Of a stretch of 64,000 bases of DNA, positions 26,095-40,904 are shown piece by piece; position 1 is the stretch's first letter; the number at the start of each line of letters is the position of its first letter. The notes beneath the pieces were generated by a model. That model saw nothing but the letters and a program-made list of their open reading frames with translations. It was not told the DNA's origin and ran no database searches. The position numbers and the translations under genes were made by a program. Source of the DNA: Mustelus asterias (lineage: Eukaryota); NCBI RefSeq assembly GCF_964213995.1, contig NW_027590162.1, positions 868,001 through 932,000 on the forward strand, read 5' to 3'.

Positions 26095-27560
26095 CTCCAA
26101 GGATCCTATCAGCCTTATTAATAACTGTTTCAACTTGCCTTGCCCGCAACAGAGCATTATACACTTGAAACCCAAGTTCTCTCTGCTCCTGTACTTCCCC
26201 TAAATGCTGTACCATAATGGGCATATTTTCTCCTCATGTTTCTTGTACCAAAATGCATTTCCTCACATTTTGCTGCATTGCAATTCATCTGCCAGGTGTC
26301 TGCCCATTTGGGCAACTTGTCAATGTCCCTCTAAAGTCACTCAGCATCATTCTCACAATTCACTATTCTCCCCAGCTTGGTATTGTATGCAAATTTTGCC
26401 CTTAACCCCGATCTCTAAATGGTTTATATAAATCAGAAAAAGCAAGTGTCCCAACACTGATCCCTGGGGAACACCAATTTCAACTCGTCTCGAGTCTGAG
26501 AAATGCACATCCATACCCAACCTCTGTTTCCTATCTTTCAGCCAACTTCTAATCCATGCTGCCAAGGACCCATCAATCACAAACATTTCTAATTCGCTCA
26601 CCAACCTGCCATGTGGCACCATATCAAATGCTTTCTGAAAGTCCAAATATACAACATCCACGGCACTACCCTCATCCAATGCCTGTGTCTCATCTTGCCA
26701 AACATGACCTGCCCTTGAGAAAATTATGTCATCTGCCGAGTATGAACTTATATTTCTCTGAGAGTATATATATATATCTCTTATTTCATACTGTGGCCTC
26801 CATCTGTTTTCTCACTATTGATGTCCAGCTGAGAGGTCTGTAGTTTCCTGGGATATCCTTTGCCCCTTTCCTGAAAAACAGCATTACATTTGCAATCCTC
26901 CAATCCCATGGGACTAATTCTGTGTTCAAAGAGGCCAGGAAGTTTCTGTCAATGGCTGCGCAATTTGCTCCCTCACCTCTCAGCAATCTACGATGCATCC
27001 AGTCTGGACCTGGTGACTTCTCTACTGAGAGTGCTGCCAGAGTTTTAGTGCCTCTTCTTTATCTATCACTATACTGTTCAGTTACTGAGCACCCATATTT
27101 TCAACAAGGCCATTGTCACATTGTTTAATTTTGTAAAGACAGAAGCACCGTACTCATTTAGTATCTCTGCCATACCCTCTGCTTCAGTGACCAGTTTACC
27201 CTGCTCGTCCCTTATGAGCCCCACTTTATCCTTCACTAACCTTTTCACATGTATATGTTTGAAGAACATTTTACTATTTGTTTTAGCGCAGCCTGCCATC
27301 CTTTCCTCATGCTCCCTCTTAGCCTTCCTTATTAAAGCCTTCGCCTCTCTCCTGCATTTGAACTGTTTTTCCTGATTTCTATTGCTATTATTATTCCAAC
27401 ATGCATCATATGTCTCTTTTTTCTTCCTTATTTTCTCATCAATATCCTTAGACTCCAGGATACTCTAGCTTTGGATGCCGTGTATTTATTTCTGGTGGCT
27501 ATGTACCTGGCTGGCACCCTATTCATCTCAACTTTGAAAGTCTCAATTTTTCATCCACTG
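26095..27560 (-). mobile_element. Decayed CR1 ORF2 fragment
   Basis: ORF pieces 27078-27299, 26786-26998 and 26353-26679 ([22 protein letters not shown]). Confidence 0.88.
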
Positions 27561-27796
27561 TTTCATCCTCGCAATTTGCCTCATTTGCCACATTTTGCCA
27601 ATTCACATAATCTATCTGTTTCCTTTTGTAGCCTCCTTACGTACACTTTGCAATTAATTTCTTGTCAATCTTTATGCTGTCAGCAAATTTAACAACCGTA
27701 TCTTCAGTCCCTTCATCAAAGTCATTTTTATAAATTGTAACAAGTTGTGGCCCTGGTACAGATACACCATTCGACATATCCTACCACCCAGAAAAA

Positions 27797-28191
27797 GATG
27801 TGGAGATGCTGGCATTGGACTGGGGTAAACACAGTAAGAAGTCTAACAACACCAGGTTAAAGTCCAACAGGTTTATTTGGTAGCAAAAGCCACCAGCTTT
27901 CGGAACAGGCTGCCCCTTCGTCGTCGAATAGCTGTCAGGGTAACAGCCTGTAGTTCCCCGTTTACTCTCTCCATCTCTTTTTGAATAAAGGTGTTACACT
28001 TTCTATATTTCATTCTAATGGAACACTCTCTGAACAATAAGAAGTCTCACATCACCAGGTTAAAGTCCAATAGGTTTATTTGGTAGCACAAGGTTTACTT
28101 AGTAGTAAAATAAACCTGTTGGACTTTAACCTGGTGTTGTAAGACTTCTTATTGTGCTTACCCCCCAGTCCAATGTCGGCATCTTCACATC
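27797..28191. mobile_element. Penelope-like terminal fragments in direct and inverted arrangement
   Basis: Three partial copies of AATAAACCTGTTGGACTTTAACCTGGTGTTGT. About 28034-28081 and 28108-28155 form an inverted pair; same family as 56205-56404. Confidence 0.7.
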
Positions 28192-29593
28192 ACATTCTCT
28201 GAAGCCAGGGAATTTTGCAAAATTAAAACAAATGCATCAGCTATCTCATTAGCCACTGATTTCATGTCCTGAGTGTGAAACCCATTCGGACGCAGGGATT
28301 TGTCAGCCTCCAGATCCGACAATTTGCTCAATACCACTTTCCCTGGTGATTGTAATTTTCCTGAGTTCCTCCCTCCCTTCCATTTGCTGATTTCCAGCTA
28401 TTTTTGGGATGTTACTTGTGTCCTCTATAGTGAACACAAATGAAAACTACCTGTTCAATTCATTTGTCAATATCCTATTTTCCATTATCAATTCCCCAGA
28501 TGCACTTTCGATAGAACCAATGCTCACTTTAACTCTTTTACTGTTTAAATACCTACAGAAACTCTGACTATCCACCTTCATGTTACTGGCTGCTTGTCAT
28601 CTTCAGCTTGTTAATTTCCTGATAAACTCAGCATTAAAAATTGTTTGTGGACAATTCAACATTCCCACCATCCTCTATCAAGAAGCTTTCCCTGAAATTA
28701 AATAAGGGGATCAGGGATTATGGGGAAAAGGCAGAACAGTGGGGATGAGAAAAATATCAGCTATGCTTCATTGGCAGAGCAGACTCAAGCGGCCGAGTGG
28801 CCTAATTCTTATATCTTATATTCTTATATCTTATGGTCTAAATTATCCCTGAAATGTCTCACTCTCATTTTACGGTGAGGTTCCCCCATTCAGAGCGAAC
28901 AGAGAACATAGAACAGTACAGCACAGAACAGGCCCTTCAGCCCACGATGTTGTGCCGAGCTTTATCTGAAACCAAGATCAAGCTATCCCACTCCCTATCA
29001 TCCTGGTGTGCTCCATGTGCCTATCCAATAACCGCTTAAATGTTCCTAAAGTGTCTGACTCCACTATCACTGCAGGCAGTCCATTCCACACCCCAACCAC
29101 TCTCTGCGTAAAGAACCTACCTCTGATATCCTTCCTGTATCTCCCACCACGAACCCTATAGTTGTGCCCCCTTGGAATAGCTCCATCCACCCGAGGAAAT
29201 AGTCTTTGAACGTTCACTCTATCTATCCCCTTCATCATTTTGTAAACCTGTATTAAGTCTCCCCTCAGCCTCCTCCGCTCCAGAGAGAACAGCCCTAGCT
29301 CCCACAACCTTTCCTCATAAGACCTACCCTCCAAACCAGGCAGCATCCTGGTAAATCTCCTCTGCATTCTTTCCAGCGCTTCCACATCCTTCCTATAGTG
29401 AGGTGACCAGAACTGCACACAATATTCCAAATGTGGTCTCACCAAGGTCCTGTACAGTTGCAGCATAACCCCACGGCTCTTAAACTCCAACCCCCTGTTA
29501 ATAAAAGCTAACACACTATAGGCCTTTTTAACAGCTCTATCCACTTGAGTGGCAACCTTCAGAGATCTGTGGATATGAACCCCAAGATCTCTT

Positions 29594-29900
29594 TCATCAT
29601 AGAAACCCTACAGTGCAGAAGGAGGCCATTCGGCCCATCGAGTCTGCACCAACCACAATCCCATCCCACATAGTTACCCGCTAATCCCTCTAACCTACGC
29701 ATCCCAGGACCCTAAGGGGCAATTTTTAACCTGGCCAATCAACCTAACCTGCACATCTTTGGAAGGAAACCGGAGCAAACCCACGCAGACATGAGGAGAA
29801 TGTGCAAACTCCACACAGACAGTGACCCGAGCCAGGAATCGAACCCGGGACCCCAGAGCTATGAAGCAGCAATGCTAACCACTGTGCTACCGTGCCGCCC
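29594..29900 (-). mobile_element. HE1-type SINE nested in CR1 ORF2
   Basis: Head and tail present with internal deletions; ATCTCT duplicated on both sides. Confidence 0.9.
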
Positions 29901-29996
29901 ATCTCTCTGTTCCTCCACAGTCTTCAGAACCCTACCTTTGACTCTGTAATCCACATTTAAATTAGTCCTACCAAAATGAATCACCTCACATTTATC

Positions 29997-30186
29997 AGTC
30001 CAAAGATGTGCGGGTTAGGTTGATTGGCCAGGTTAAAAATTGCCCCTTTGAGTCCTGGGATGCGTAGGTTAGAGGGATTAGCGGGTAAATATGTGGGGGT
30101 AGGGCCTGGGTGGGATTGTGGTCGGTGCAGACTCGATGGGCCGAATGGCCTCCTTCTGCACTGTAGGGTTTCTATGGTTTCTATGG
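29997..30186 (+). mobile_element. HE1-type SINE 3' half nested in the same CR1
   Basis: CAGTCCAAAGATGTGCGGGTTAGG... through the TTTCTATGG tail. Confidence 0.9.
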
Positions 30187-33100
30187 TTTAAACTCCATTT
30201 GCCATTTTTCAGCCCAGCTTTGCATCCTATCTATGTCTCTTTGCAGCCTACCACAGCCCTCCACTTCATCCACTCCTCTACCAATCTTGGTGTCATCAGC
30301 AAATTTACTGATCCACCCTTCAGCCCCCTCCTCTAAGTCATTAATAAAAATCACAAAGAGCAGTGGACCAAGCACTGATCCCTGCGGCACTCCGCTAGCA
30401 ACCTGCCTCCAATCCGAAAATTTTCCATCGACCACCACCCTCTGTCTTCGATCAGACAGCCAGTTACCTATCCAATCGGCCAACTTTCCCTCTATCCCAC
30501 ACCTCCTCACTTTCATCATAAGCCGACCATGGGGGACCTTATCAAACGCCTTACTAAAATCCATGTATATGACATGAACTGCCCTACCTTCATCAACACA
30601 CTTAGTTACCTCCTCAAAAAATTCTATCAAATTTGTGAGGCACGACTTGCCCTTCACGAATCCATGCTGACTATCCCGGATTAATCCGCATCTTTCTAAA
30701 TGGTCGTAAATTCCATCTCTAAGGACCTTTTCCATCAATTTACCAACCACCGAAGTAAGACTAACCGGTCTATAATGACCAGGGTCATTTCTATTCCCTT
30801 TCTTAAACAGAGGAACAACATTCGCCATTCTCCAGTCCTCTGGTACCATCCCCGTGGACAGCAAGGACCCAAAGATCAAAGCCAAAGGCTCTGCAATCTC
30901 ATCCCTTGCCTCCCAAAGAATCCTCGGATACATTTCATCAGGCCCAAGGGACTTATTGACCTTCAGTTTATTCAAAACTGCCAGGACATCTTCCCTCCAA
31001 ACATCTATTTCCTCCAGCCTATTCGCCTGTAACACCTTCTCTTCCTCAAAAACATGGCCCCTCTCCTTGGTGAACACTGAAGAAAAGTATTCATTCATCA
31101 CCTCGCCTATCTCTACTGACTCCATACACAAGTTCCCACTACTGTCCTTGACCGGCCCTAACCTCACCCTGGTCATTCTTTTATTCCTCACATAAGAGTA
31201 AAAAGCCTTGGGGTTTTCCTTGATCCGACCCGCCAAGGACTTCTTGTGTCCCCTCCTAGCTCTCCTCAGCCCCTTTTTCAGCTCATTCCTTGCTAACTTG
31301 TAACCCTTAATCGAGCCATCTGAACCTTGTTTCCTCATCCCTACATAAGCTTCCCTCTTCCTTTTCACAAGACATTCCACCTCGTTCGTGAACCATGGTT
31401 CCCTCACTCGGCCATTTCCTCCCTGCCTGACAGGGACATATCTATCAAGGACATCCAGTATTTGTTCCTTGAAAAAGTTCCACTTTTCATTAGTTCCTTT
31501 CCCTGACAGTTTCTGTTCCCAACTTATGCCCCCTAATTCTTGCCTAATCGCATCATAATTACCTCTTCCCCCAATTGTAAACCTTGCCCTGCCGTACGGC
31601 CCTATCCCTCGCCATTGCAATAACAAAAGACACCGAATTGTGGTCACTATCTCCAAAGTGCTCTCCCACAACCAAATCTAACACTTGGCCCGGTTCATTT
31701 CCCAGTACCAAATCCAATGTGGTCTCACCTCTTGTCGTCCTATCCACATATTGTGTCAGGAAACCCTCCCGTACACACTGCACAAAAACTGCCCCATCCG
31801 AACTATTTGACCTACAAAGGTTCCAATCAATATTTGGAAAGTTAAAGTCCCCCATGACAACTACCCTGTGACCCCCACACATATCCATAATCTGCTTAGC
31901 AATTTCTTCCTCCACATCTCTATTACTATTTGGGGGCCTATAGTAAACTCCTAACAACGTGACTGCTCCTTTCCTATTTCTACCCTCAGCCCATATTACC
32001 TCAGTGAGCAGATCCCCCTCGAAGTGCCTTTCCGCAGCCGTTAAACTATCCTTGATTAACAATGCCACTCCTCCACCTCTTTTACCAGCTTCCCTACACT
32101 TAGTGAAACATCTATACCCCGGAACATCCAGCAACCATTCCTGTCCTTGTTCTACCCACGTCTCCGTAATGGCCACAACATCGTAGTCCCAAGTACCAAT
32201 CCACGCCCCAAGTTCATCTACCTTGTTCCGGATGCTCCTGGCATTGAAGTAGACACACTTCAACCCACCTTCCTGTCTACCGGTACCCACCCTTGACCCT
32301 GATACCTTCCCCAATACCTCACCACCCTCACTGACTTCTGGACTACAACCCCTTTTCCCACTCCCCTGACAAATTAGTTTAAACCCCCCTGAAGAGCCGT
32401 AACAAATTTCCCTCCCAGGACATTGGTGCCCCTCTGGTTCAGGTGCACCCTGTCCTGTTTGTACAGGTCCCACCTTCCTCAGAATGTGTTCCAATTATCC
32501 ACGTATCTGAAACCCTCCCTCCTACACCATCCCTGCAACCACATGTTTAACTGCACTCTCTCCCTGTTCCTCAACTCGCTATCACGTGGCACCGGCAACG
32601 TACCAGAGATGACCACATGTTTTGTCTTGGTTCTCAGCTTCCAGCCCAGCTCCAGAAATTCCTGCTTTAAATCCCCGTCCCTTCTCTTACCTATGTCATT
32701 GGTACCAATGTGTACCACGACTTGTGACTGTTTCCCCTCCCCCTTCAGAATCCGGAAAACACGGTCTGAGACGTCACGGACCTTGGCATCCGGTAGGCAA
32801 CATACCATCCGTGAGTCTCTTTTGCTGCCACAGAACCTCCTATCTATCCCTCTAACTAACGAGTCCCCAATTACTATTGCCCTCCCGCTCTGCCCCTTAC
32901 CCTCCCGAGCCACAGAGACGGACACAGTGCTGGAGATCCTCTCACTGCGGCTCACCACTGGTATGTCATCCCCCTCAACCGTATCCAAAGCGGAATACTT
33001 GTTGCTAAGGGGAACGACCACCGGGGATCCCTGCACGGACTGCTTTCTCCCAGCCCCTCTCACCGTCACCCATCTGTTTTCATTCTAACAGTTTATCTCT

Positions 33101-33392
33101 CTGCACCCTATCAAATCATTCACTGTAAACATCTCACTCACATCACCACTTAATCTTCCATGTTCAGGTTATTACAGGACTAGTCTTTGCAATCTGTCCT
33201 CATCATTTGAGTCTGGCATCACTGGTGAAATTCTGCTGCTCCCACTCCAAAGCCAATCTAACCTTCCTGGGATGAACACAGTGATCTAAATGGGGTCTGA
33301 ACAGAGTTTTCTGCAACTGTAACACAAATTCCAATCCTTCATAGACTATTAGCTTTATTACTTCACCTACCAGTTAATGATGTCTATATACT

Positions 33393-33755
33393 GGGGGAGG
33401 AGATGGCCGAGTGGTATTATCACTATGCTATTAATTCAGAAACTCAGCTCATGTTCTGGGGACCCGGGTTCGAATCCTGCCACGGCAGTTGATGGAATTT
33501 AAATTTGATAAAAAAATATCTGGAATTAAGAATCTTCTGATGACCGTGAAGCTATTGTCGATTGTCAGAAAATCCTATCTCGTTCACTTCCTTTCGGGAG
33601 GAAATCTGCCGTCCTTACCCGGTATGGCCGTCATGTGACTCCACAGCCACAGCACTGTGGTTGACACTCAACTGTCCTCTGAACAAGGGCAACTCAGGAT
33701 GTGCATTAAATGCTGGCCAGTCAGCGATGCCCATGTCCCACAAATGAATTTTATA
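33393..33755 (+). mobile_element. Second SINE family copy
   Basis: Homologous to 17689-18020; TGGCCGAGTGG A box and GGTTCGAATCC B box. Confidence 0.82.
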
Positions 33756-34699
33756 AAAACACGGCCCTCTGTTCGTCTACAGTTTCCTGCTTCTCGCCAC
33801 AAACATAACCACTCTGCTCTATTACATCACAAGGACGTTTCAAACTAAATGTGTTCCCAAGGATAATCTGTTTCTGTCACTATGAACTTTTCTCGTTGTT
33901 CTTTCAGCCGGTGTAAATCCAGAGAATGGAAGGGATGGAGGGAAAAATCTTTCCCGAATCCTATTTGATCATCATTCCAATAACATTTGGGTGAGGAAAT
34001 CTAATCGTCAGTCTCTGTGAAAAGCTGTATCCGGCACCTTCCTATTCGATGGTTAGAATGTAAAATGGAATAACTTCGACTGCTGTTTGTGTCTCCTGTC
34101 CTGTGAACCAAACACTGACCCAGAATTCACTCACTGCCTTCGCTTTGTGCTGAAAACTGTTATTATTCTGTTATTTTCACAGCTCCGAAATGACCTCATT
34201 CGCGGCTATTTTTCGCGGTAACGGTCCCTTCCCTCAATTCCTGAAATGTTCATTGATTCATCATTTTATTCACAGTAATTCTCCGCAGGGTAACATTCCG
34301 GAGTGCGATTATTACAGAGCGGAATAAGGACAGTGTGAGGACTCGATCCGGCTCCCTGTTTTCTGTGAAGGAGAGTGGGTTCTGATTGAAGACGAAACGG
34401 AGTGTTTTCCTTCTGGGAATGCTGTGAACAGGGATTGATTCCCGCCCGGGACAGTTAGAAAGCGATAGGAGAATGAAGCACATTGAAAGAAAATGTTAAA
34501 GCCGCGCCTCCGATTGGTGACGGGAAGAGCTGAATAAAAGCAAATCAATAGAAGGGATTTGAAATCTCTGACTGAGGGCGACATTGATTTGAATTCGCTC
34601 CTTTCCCACAATGAAATTGGCGGGCTTTTGGAAATGGACAAATTCTCTGCTTCTGCCGGTTGTTGTGGGGAAATCCCGCCCTCTTCTGTTTCCAGTGAG

Positions 34700-35221
<522 letters not shown>

Positions 35222-35251
35222 AGCGCCCATTCTTTAATCTGATAACCCAAA

Positions 35252-35267
35252 GGCTCTTTTCAGAGCC
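35252..35267 (+). promoter_or_regulatory. Histone 3' stem-loop of H2A
   Basis: GGCTCT-TTTC-AGAGCC, preceded by CCCAAA and followed by purine-rich GAAAAAGGGCGAGCTG (HDE-like) at about 35281-35296. Confidence 0.97.
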
Positions 35268-35937
35268 ACTCATTTTATCTGAAAAAGGGCGAGCTGGTGT
35301 CTATCGGTCAGTTTCTGCACTGCTATTCACAGCACAGCTGTTTCCCACTTTGTTCTACCAATCCGTACTATTGACACAGACAGTATTTTAATGCAAGTTG
35401 CTGCTGTTTATTGGGGAAACTATCCCAGTGAACATAAATGATCCTATTTCAAATATAATTGCTTTAAAATGTGATAATCTGCGAGGACATTCATCTGCAG
35501 CCCATCGGTTTTCAAAGTCAGTCACTATCTGGAAAAGTGTTAATTATTGTCCATGCGAATGTGCAAGCGTTCCTGCAATGGCTATATCTGTGTGAGTGGG
35601 CTCCTGTTTGAGACATGCTTCATATTCTGAACCTAATTGACGCAATTTTCAATACTCGCTGCGACTCGAAACATGTGCGGAGAAAGTGGATTTGCGGAAT
35701 TATTGCTCGGAAACTGAAATGATCGCAGGTTTAATAAAACCACTTTAAAATTGAATTGCGGTAGAACTGTTAACGGCATCGTTTTTACTCTAACCATCAA
35801 AGGATTGGAGATATGAGTGACCTCAATGCAACGGAGAGTTAATTGTAACATGGAAAGGATTCAGTACTGGAGTCCTGGGAATTCAAACACTAGAATCGTT
35901 AACAGGAGATCGCAGCTCTTTCTTTTGCCGATTTGGT

Positions 35938-35953
35938 GGCTCTTAAAAGAGCC
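35938..35953 (-). promoter_or_regulatory. Histone 3' stem-loop of H3
   Basis: GGCTCT-TTTA-AGAGCC on the minus strand, with HDE AAAGAAAGAGCTG at about 35913-35925. Confidence 0.97.
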
Positions 35954-35982
35954 GTTGTTGTACTTGATGCTGAAGTCGGGTT

Positions 35983-36570
<588 letters not shown>

Positions 36571-37692
36571 TGTTTTGTTAACCGCGCCTTTCAGAAATTG
36601 GGCAGTTTTCGATGCAGGAAATAGCCGTCTGTATAAAAGACTTTATCCCGTCCTTATTAAAACAAACATTACTCGAAATATTGAAGATTTGAAGTCTATT
36701 TCCCTGCACTTAGTGCTTTGGACCCTTTCCCCGCTCTCTGGGCTGTTCATTCCCAGAGTCTCCCGCTGTTCCACTCGATCCCTATCCCTTTCCTCTCCAG
36801 CCCATTCAGATTTCCCCTCTCGTGCCGCTTGTAACATTCGCCGCCGTTTCCGGGGGAAAGGATCAGAAATCCTTCTCTGTGTCTCCCTGAAGCCGGTGTG
36901 AAAGGGGTTGAGTCTGTTGTTTGTTACAGAGAGTGACTTCATATTTGTCCCGTTTGACATTACTGAATAGAGCCGTTTGCCGCCCGTGGCGGACAAATGT
37001 TCAGAAATGAAACCTCTTTGTAAAATAAGCTTACAGCAGAATATTAATTGAGAATCTATTTTTAATAAGTTAAGAATTTGTCTCAATTCCCTTTCCCGCG
37101 CTGAAATTGGCGGCATTTCCCCCAATTCAAAATTTCTGCTGGTTGACAGTTGAAGCCAATGATTGGCTCAATGTTCACATTCGATGCTCTGCGATTGGTT
37201 CAGAGCTGCGAATGCGGAGAGGATGGCCAATCAGAAGCAGGCTGGGGTTGGAGCGGCTCAAACTGCGGGAATTGCGGGTTTGTGAATGACTGAGCGGAAA
37301 CTGATCAGTTTCACAAAGCGTCAGTTTCAGTGCAGGAAACAACCGTCTGGGGGCAAATAGCATCACAACTGGGACTGGTTCCGTTGAACGATTCACCGGC
37401 TGCTGCTACTAAACTCCGCTATTCCAGAGAAAGCTTTGATAAACTCTATCCAAACACTGGGTGATTAAACAGGAGTGATGTGGCGTTTCACTGAGGGCAC
37501 ATGTCAACTGGGGGCTGCTTCGACAATCCACTTAAAAATTTCAAAAACAATCCGCATGGCTGCTCCAAATGAAATGTTAAATTCGGTGATTCCCGCACTG
37601 TAACCTAAACAAAACAAACATGCATCTCAAACACTGAACAGCCTGTCCCAGCTCCGTCCCCAGGTCACTGCTCTCTCTGTGAAGCGGTGAGT

Positions 37693-37708
37693 GGCTCTTA
37701 AAAGAGCC
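37693..37708 (-). promoter_or_regulatory. Histone 3' stem-loop of H4
   Basis: GGCTCT-TTTA-AGAGCC on the minus strand, with HDE-like AGAGAGAGCAG at about 37668-37678. Confidence 0.97.
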
Positions 37709-37742
37709 TTTGTCGTGTGTTCGGAAGGAAGGTTGCAGTTGT

Positions 37743-38063
<321 letters not shown>

Positions 38064-38107
38064 TCACTCAGATCTCTGCACAATATGAGACAGGAACTTT
38101 TTCAGGC

Positions 38108-38140
38108 TCCTTTTATACAGCCCGCCCCGACCTGACTGAG
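38108..38140 (-). promoter_or_regulatory. H4 proximal promoter
   Basis: Minus strand TCAGGTCGGGGCGGGCTGTATAAAA: an H4 site-II-like TCAGGTC, a GC box and a TATA box at 38111-38117. Confidence 0.8.
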
Positions 38141-38882
38141 AAAGGCGGAGTGAGAGCAGAGAGGGGAGGAGACAGAGTGAAGATTAAACACAGAGCGGGA
38201 GGGAGGAGAGAGCCGGACTGACACACACACACAGAACGGCCCCTGATCTTTCAGCTCCACCTCCAGTTTCAGCAACCGCCAATTTCAACCCGTTTATTCA
38301 CAATGGAAGCGAAACACAGCTCCCCACACAAACCCTTCCAGAGCCGCCCTTCACACTCAAGAGTTTCCACAAACCCGGAGCTTTGAAATATGGAATCAAA
38401 ACAGAAAATGCTGCAAATAATCAGCAGCTCCGGCAGCTTTTGTGAAGAGAGAGAGAGACAGAGTTAACGTTTCGGGTCGTGACTCTTTGCTTTTGTGTTT
38501 TTAAACCTGGCCCCGTTATGATTCCCAGTCAGTAATATTCCGACCTAAACACAGCAAGAATCTCCCTCAGTAACATCCTCACCCACATCCGCTTCCAGCT
38601 GTTTACAAATACCTTATTGCAGCTGTTTGGAGAAATCTGTGTTGAAATTGAAGTTGGAAAGCGGTATTTAGCCGCCAGTGTTACTGTCTCACACTGAATC
38701 TACCAGACATCTTTATTATGAGAGAAAGTGGCGATTGAACAAATGTGAAATTCAAATGAAATTCAGCCTCTGCTGTGTTTTGCTTTAGTCTGAATTTGAA
38801 ATGATCTCTATTGAGAATGAGCCGGGCCGCGGGACAGGAATCATTTCCTTGCGGGATCAGCTCTTTCCTGAGAGATGTGGGT

Positions 38883-38898
38883 GGCTCTGAGAAGAGCC
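38883..38898 (-). promoter_or_regulatory. Histone 3' stem-loop of H1
   Basis: GGCTCT-TCTC-AGAGCC then ACCCA on the minus strand, with HDE GGAAAGAGCTG at about 38859-38869. Confidence 0.96.
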
Positions 38899-38934
38899 TT
38901 TGGGTTCAGAGGTTTACAATTTGCTCGGGTTGTT

Positions 38935-39600
38935 TCACTTCTTTCCTGACGCTTTCTTCGCTTTTGCTGCTTTCACTTTGGGTTTGGCCTTTGATTTAGT
39001 CACTTTTTTGACAGACTTTCCGCCCGTCACCTTCTTCACAGGAGACTTTTTCTTCAGGGCTGCTTTCTTCACCGCCTTTTTTGGAGTTGCCGCCTTCTTG
39101 CTGCTTGTTTTCTTCACTGTTGATTTCTTCACTGGAGTTTTCTTTGCTGCGGGTTTCTTTGCTGCGGGTTTCTTGGCTGCTGCTTTCTTTGTTGTCACCT
39201 TCTTGGCCGCTGTTTTCTTTACTAAAGGTTTTTTGGCTGTTGGTTTCTTCAACTTCTTTCCCATTTTCCCCAGGCTTTCCTTCTGAGCGAGTTTGAAGGA
39301 GCCGGAGGCGCCCTGTCCCTTTGTCTGCACCAGAGAGCCTTTCTCCACCTTCCTCTTGATCGTTAACCTGATCTGGGAGCAGCGCTTCCCCACATCCACT
39401 CCGCTGCCAGCCAAAGCTTTCTTTATCGCGGCCAGGGACATCCCCTTGCGATCGCTACAACCCGCCACAACATTGAGGATCTGCTCGCCTAACTTGGGAC
39501 CGGCTGCCGCAGGTCGGGGAGCCGCCTTCTTCTTCCTGGGAGACTTCACTTGAGCGGGAGCGGCTGGAGGAGCCGTTTCGGCGGCTGCAGTTTCAGTCAT
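38935..39600 (-). CDS. H1: Linker histone H1, replication-dependent, 221 aa
   Basis: MTETAAAETAPPAAPA N-tail, globular domain ending LVQTKGQGASGSFKL, Lys/Ala/Pro-rich tail with S/T-P-x-K motifs, 3' stem-loop and an AAACACA promoter box. Confidence 0.97.
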   Translation of the reverse strand: MTETAAAETAPPAAPAQVKSPRKKKAAPRPAAAGPKLGEQILNVVAGCSDRKGMSLAAIKKALAGSGVDVGKRCSQIRLTIKRKVEKGSLVQTKGQGASGSFKLAQKESLGKMGKKLKKPTAKKPLVKKTAAKKVTTKKAAAKKPAAKKPAAKKTPVKKSTVKKTSSKKAATPKKAVKKAALKKKSPVKKVTGGKSVKKVTKSKAKPKVKAAKAKKASGKK

Positions 39601-39669
39601 ATCCGAGAGTGTGTGGAAAATCTGTGTGAGTCAGAACTGGATCCGAAATGAACCCAGTGGTGGCGGCAC

Positions 39670-39752
39670 AGAGCAACTTAAAGGCAGAGAGCGGACGGAG
39701 CAGAGACAAGCTGCTGTCAGCTCCCGGCTCCTCCAACCTCTCTGTGTTTCTC
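39670..39752 (-). promoter_or_regulatory. H1 promoter with AC box
   Basis: The H1-specific AAACACA lies at 39743-39749 (minus), with a TATA-like TTTAAG at about 39677-39682. Confidence 0.7.
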
Positions 39753-40904
39753 TCTCCTCACAAACTCTCCCATTGCAATGAAATTCCGCCTCTCCAGAGA
39801 TCCAGCTCACATCCTTCATGTCTCTGACACACGAATGTTTGCTGTTGAAAAGGTTTCACTCGAACTGGGGACTCCATTTTCCACTGAAACCCGTTTTCCT
39901 GCTGCACTGATCGCGCTCTCACACGCGATAGCTGACATGTTCTCGACTTTGCCACTGAAATCTTCAATTTAGCGAAACAATTGCCTTGAAATCTCATTTT
40001 GGGGCTCAGCAGGGGGATTGGGGGGAATCTTTGATTGAAAATTGTTTTATTTTACACAAGAGAGACTCGAGGATCTCATGATCAGAACAGACACACAAAC
40101 ACAGTTGGATTCGTCTGACCCGCCCGCACCTTTCATACACTCTCTCTTCCACAATATTCACATCTACACATTCACAGGACAAAACTTTCACCAACTGTAT
40201 GGTCCCAGGACGGAATTTCTCCTCCTTCCGGCCTTTGCTCCGGATTCCAGGGGGTGAGTTAGTTTTCACCTCAGTAACTGTTAAACACTCTGAGGCCCGC
40301 TCCCCACAGATTGTCTTTCAACTCATTCATGGAATGTGAGTGTCGCTGTCTGGGTCAGCATTGATTGCCCATCCCTAATTGCCCTTGGGAAGGTGGTGAT
40401 GAGCTGCCTTCTGGAACCGCTGCAGTCCATGTGGTGCAGGACCATATCTGTTAACCAGATTCCGTGGCCAGAGCTAATAATATCTGGGGGGTTTTCAGTT
40501 ATTATAGTGATTGCAGTGATCATTGTGTCTTTTGGGTGAAAATACAAATTATGTGCTCTCGGAATCTCTCGATTTATTTAATTAACTATCGCAGGTCACA
40601 ACAGCAGGTGGGCATTCCTAAAATAAAATTCACTAAAGATTCTCACCATCACTGTGTTTCTAATGGAAAATCCAGCTTCAATTTACTTTCGGTGGAAACT
40701 TTGTTAAAATGAAAGGACAGGCCTCAAAACTAATCAATGAGTTCTCAGTCGGAAACAATAGTAAAAAGGTGGCTGAAACTGTCCAGAAAAACGAGACAAG
40801 CCAAGTTCAGTTTACAAACTGTGCCATGGGTACACCAAATGTCTGATGAAATCAGCAGCGAAAGTAGTTCCTAATTATAACTATTGAAAAGAAGGGTTGT
40901 TTGA

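Larger units (their letters stand above)
28903..33086 (-). mobile_element. Near-full-length CR1 LINE (ORF1 SGNH-esterase, ORF2 APE endonuclease plus RT), inactivated
   Basis: ORF1 at 32479-33069 has IGDS and HIGTND. The endonuclease (NARSI, ITETW, GDFN, SDH) is in 31559-32494, RT in 30181-31671 and the C-terminus in 28978-29544. One frameshift, two nested SINEs, and AACAG on both flanks. Confidence 0.96.

Noticed and set aside
32479-33069. Stand-alone SGNH/GDSL esterase gene
   Set aside because: It is ORF1 of the CR1 element at 28903-33086, a known CR1 feature. It is 5'-truncated and has a stop before the catalytic DxxH.
33400-33485. tRNA-like A/B boxes (also at 7372, 17700, 25642 and 59674)
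   Set aside because: These are SINE heads with no cloverleaf; they continue into SINE cores and LINE-derived tails.
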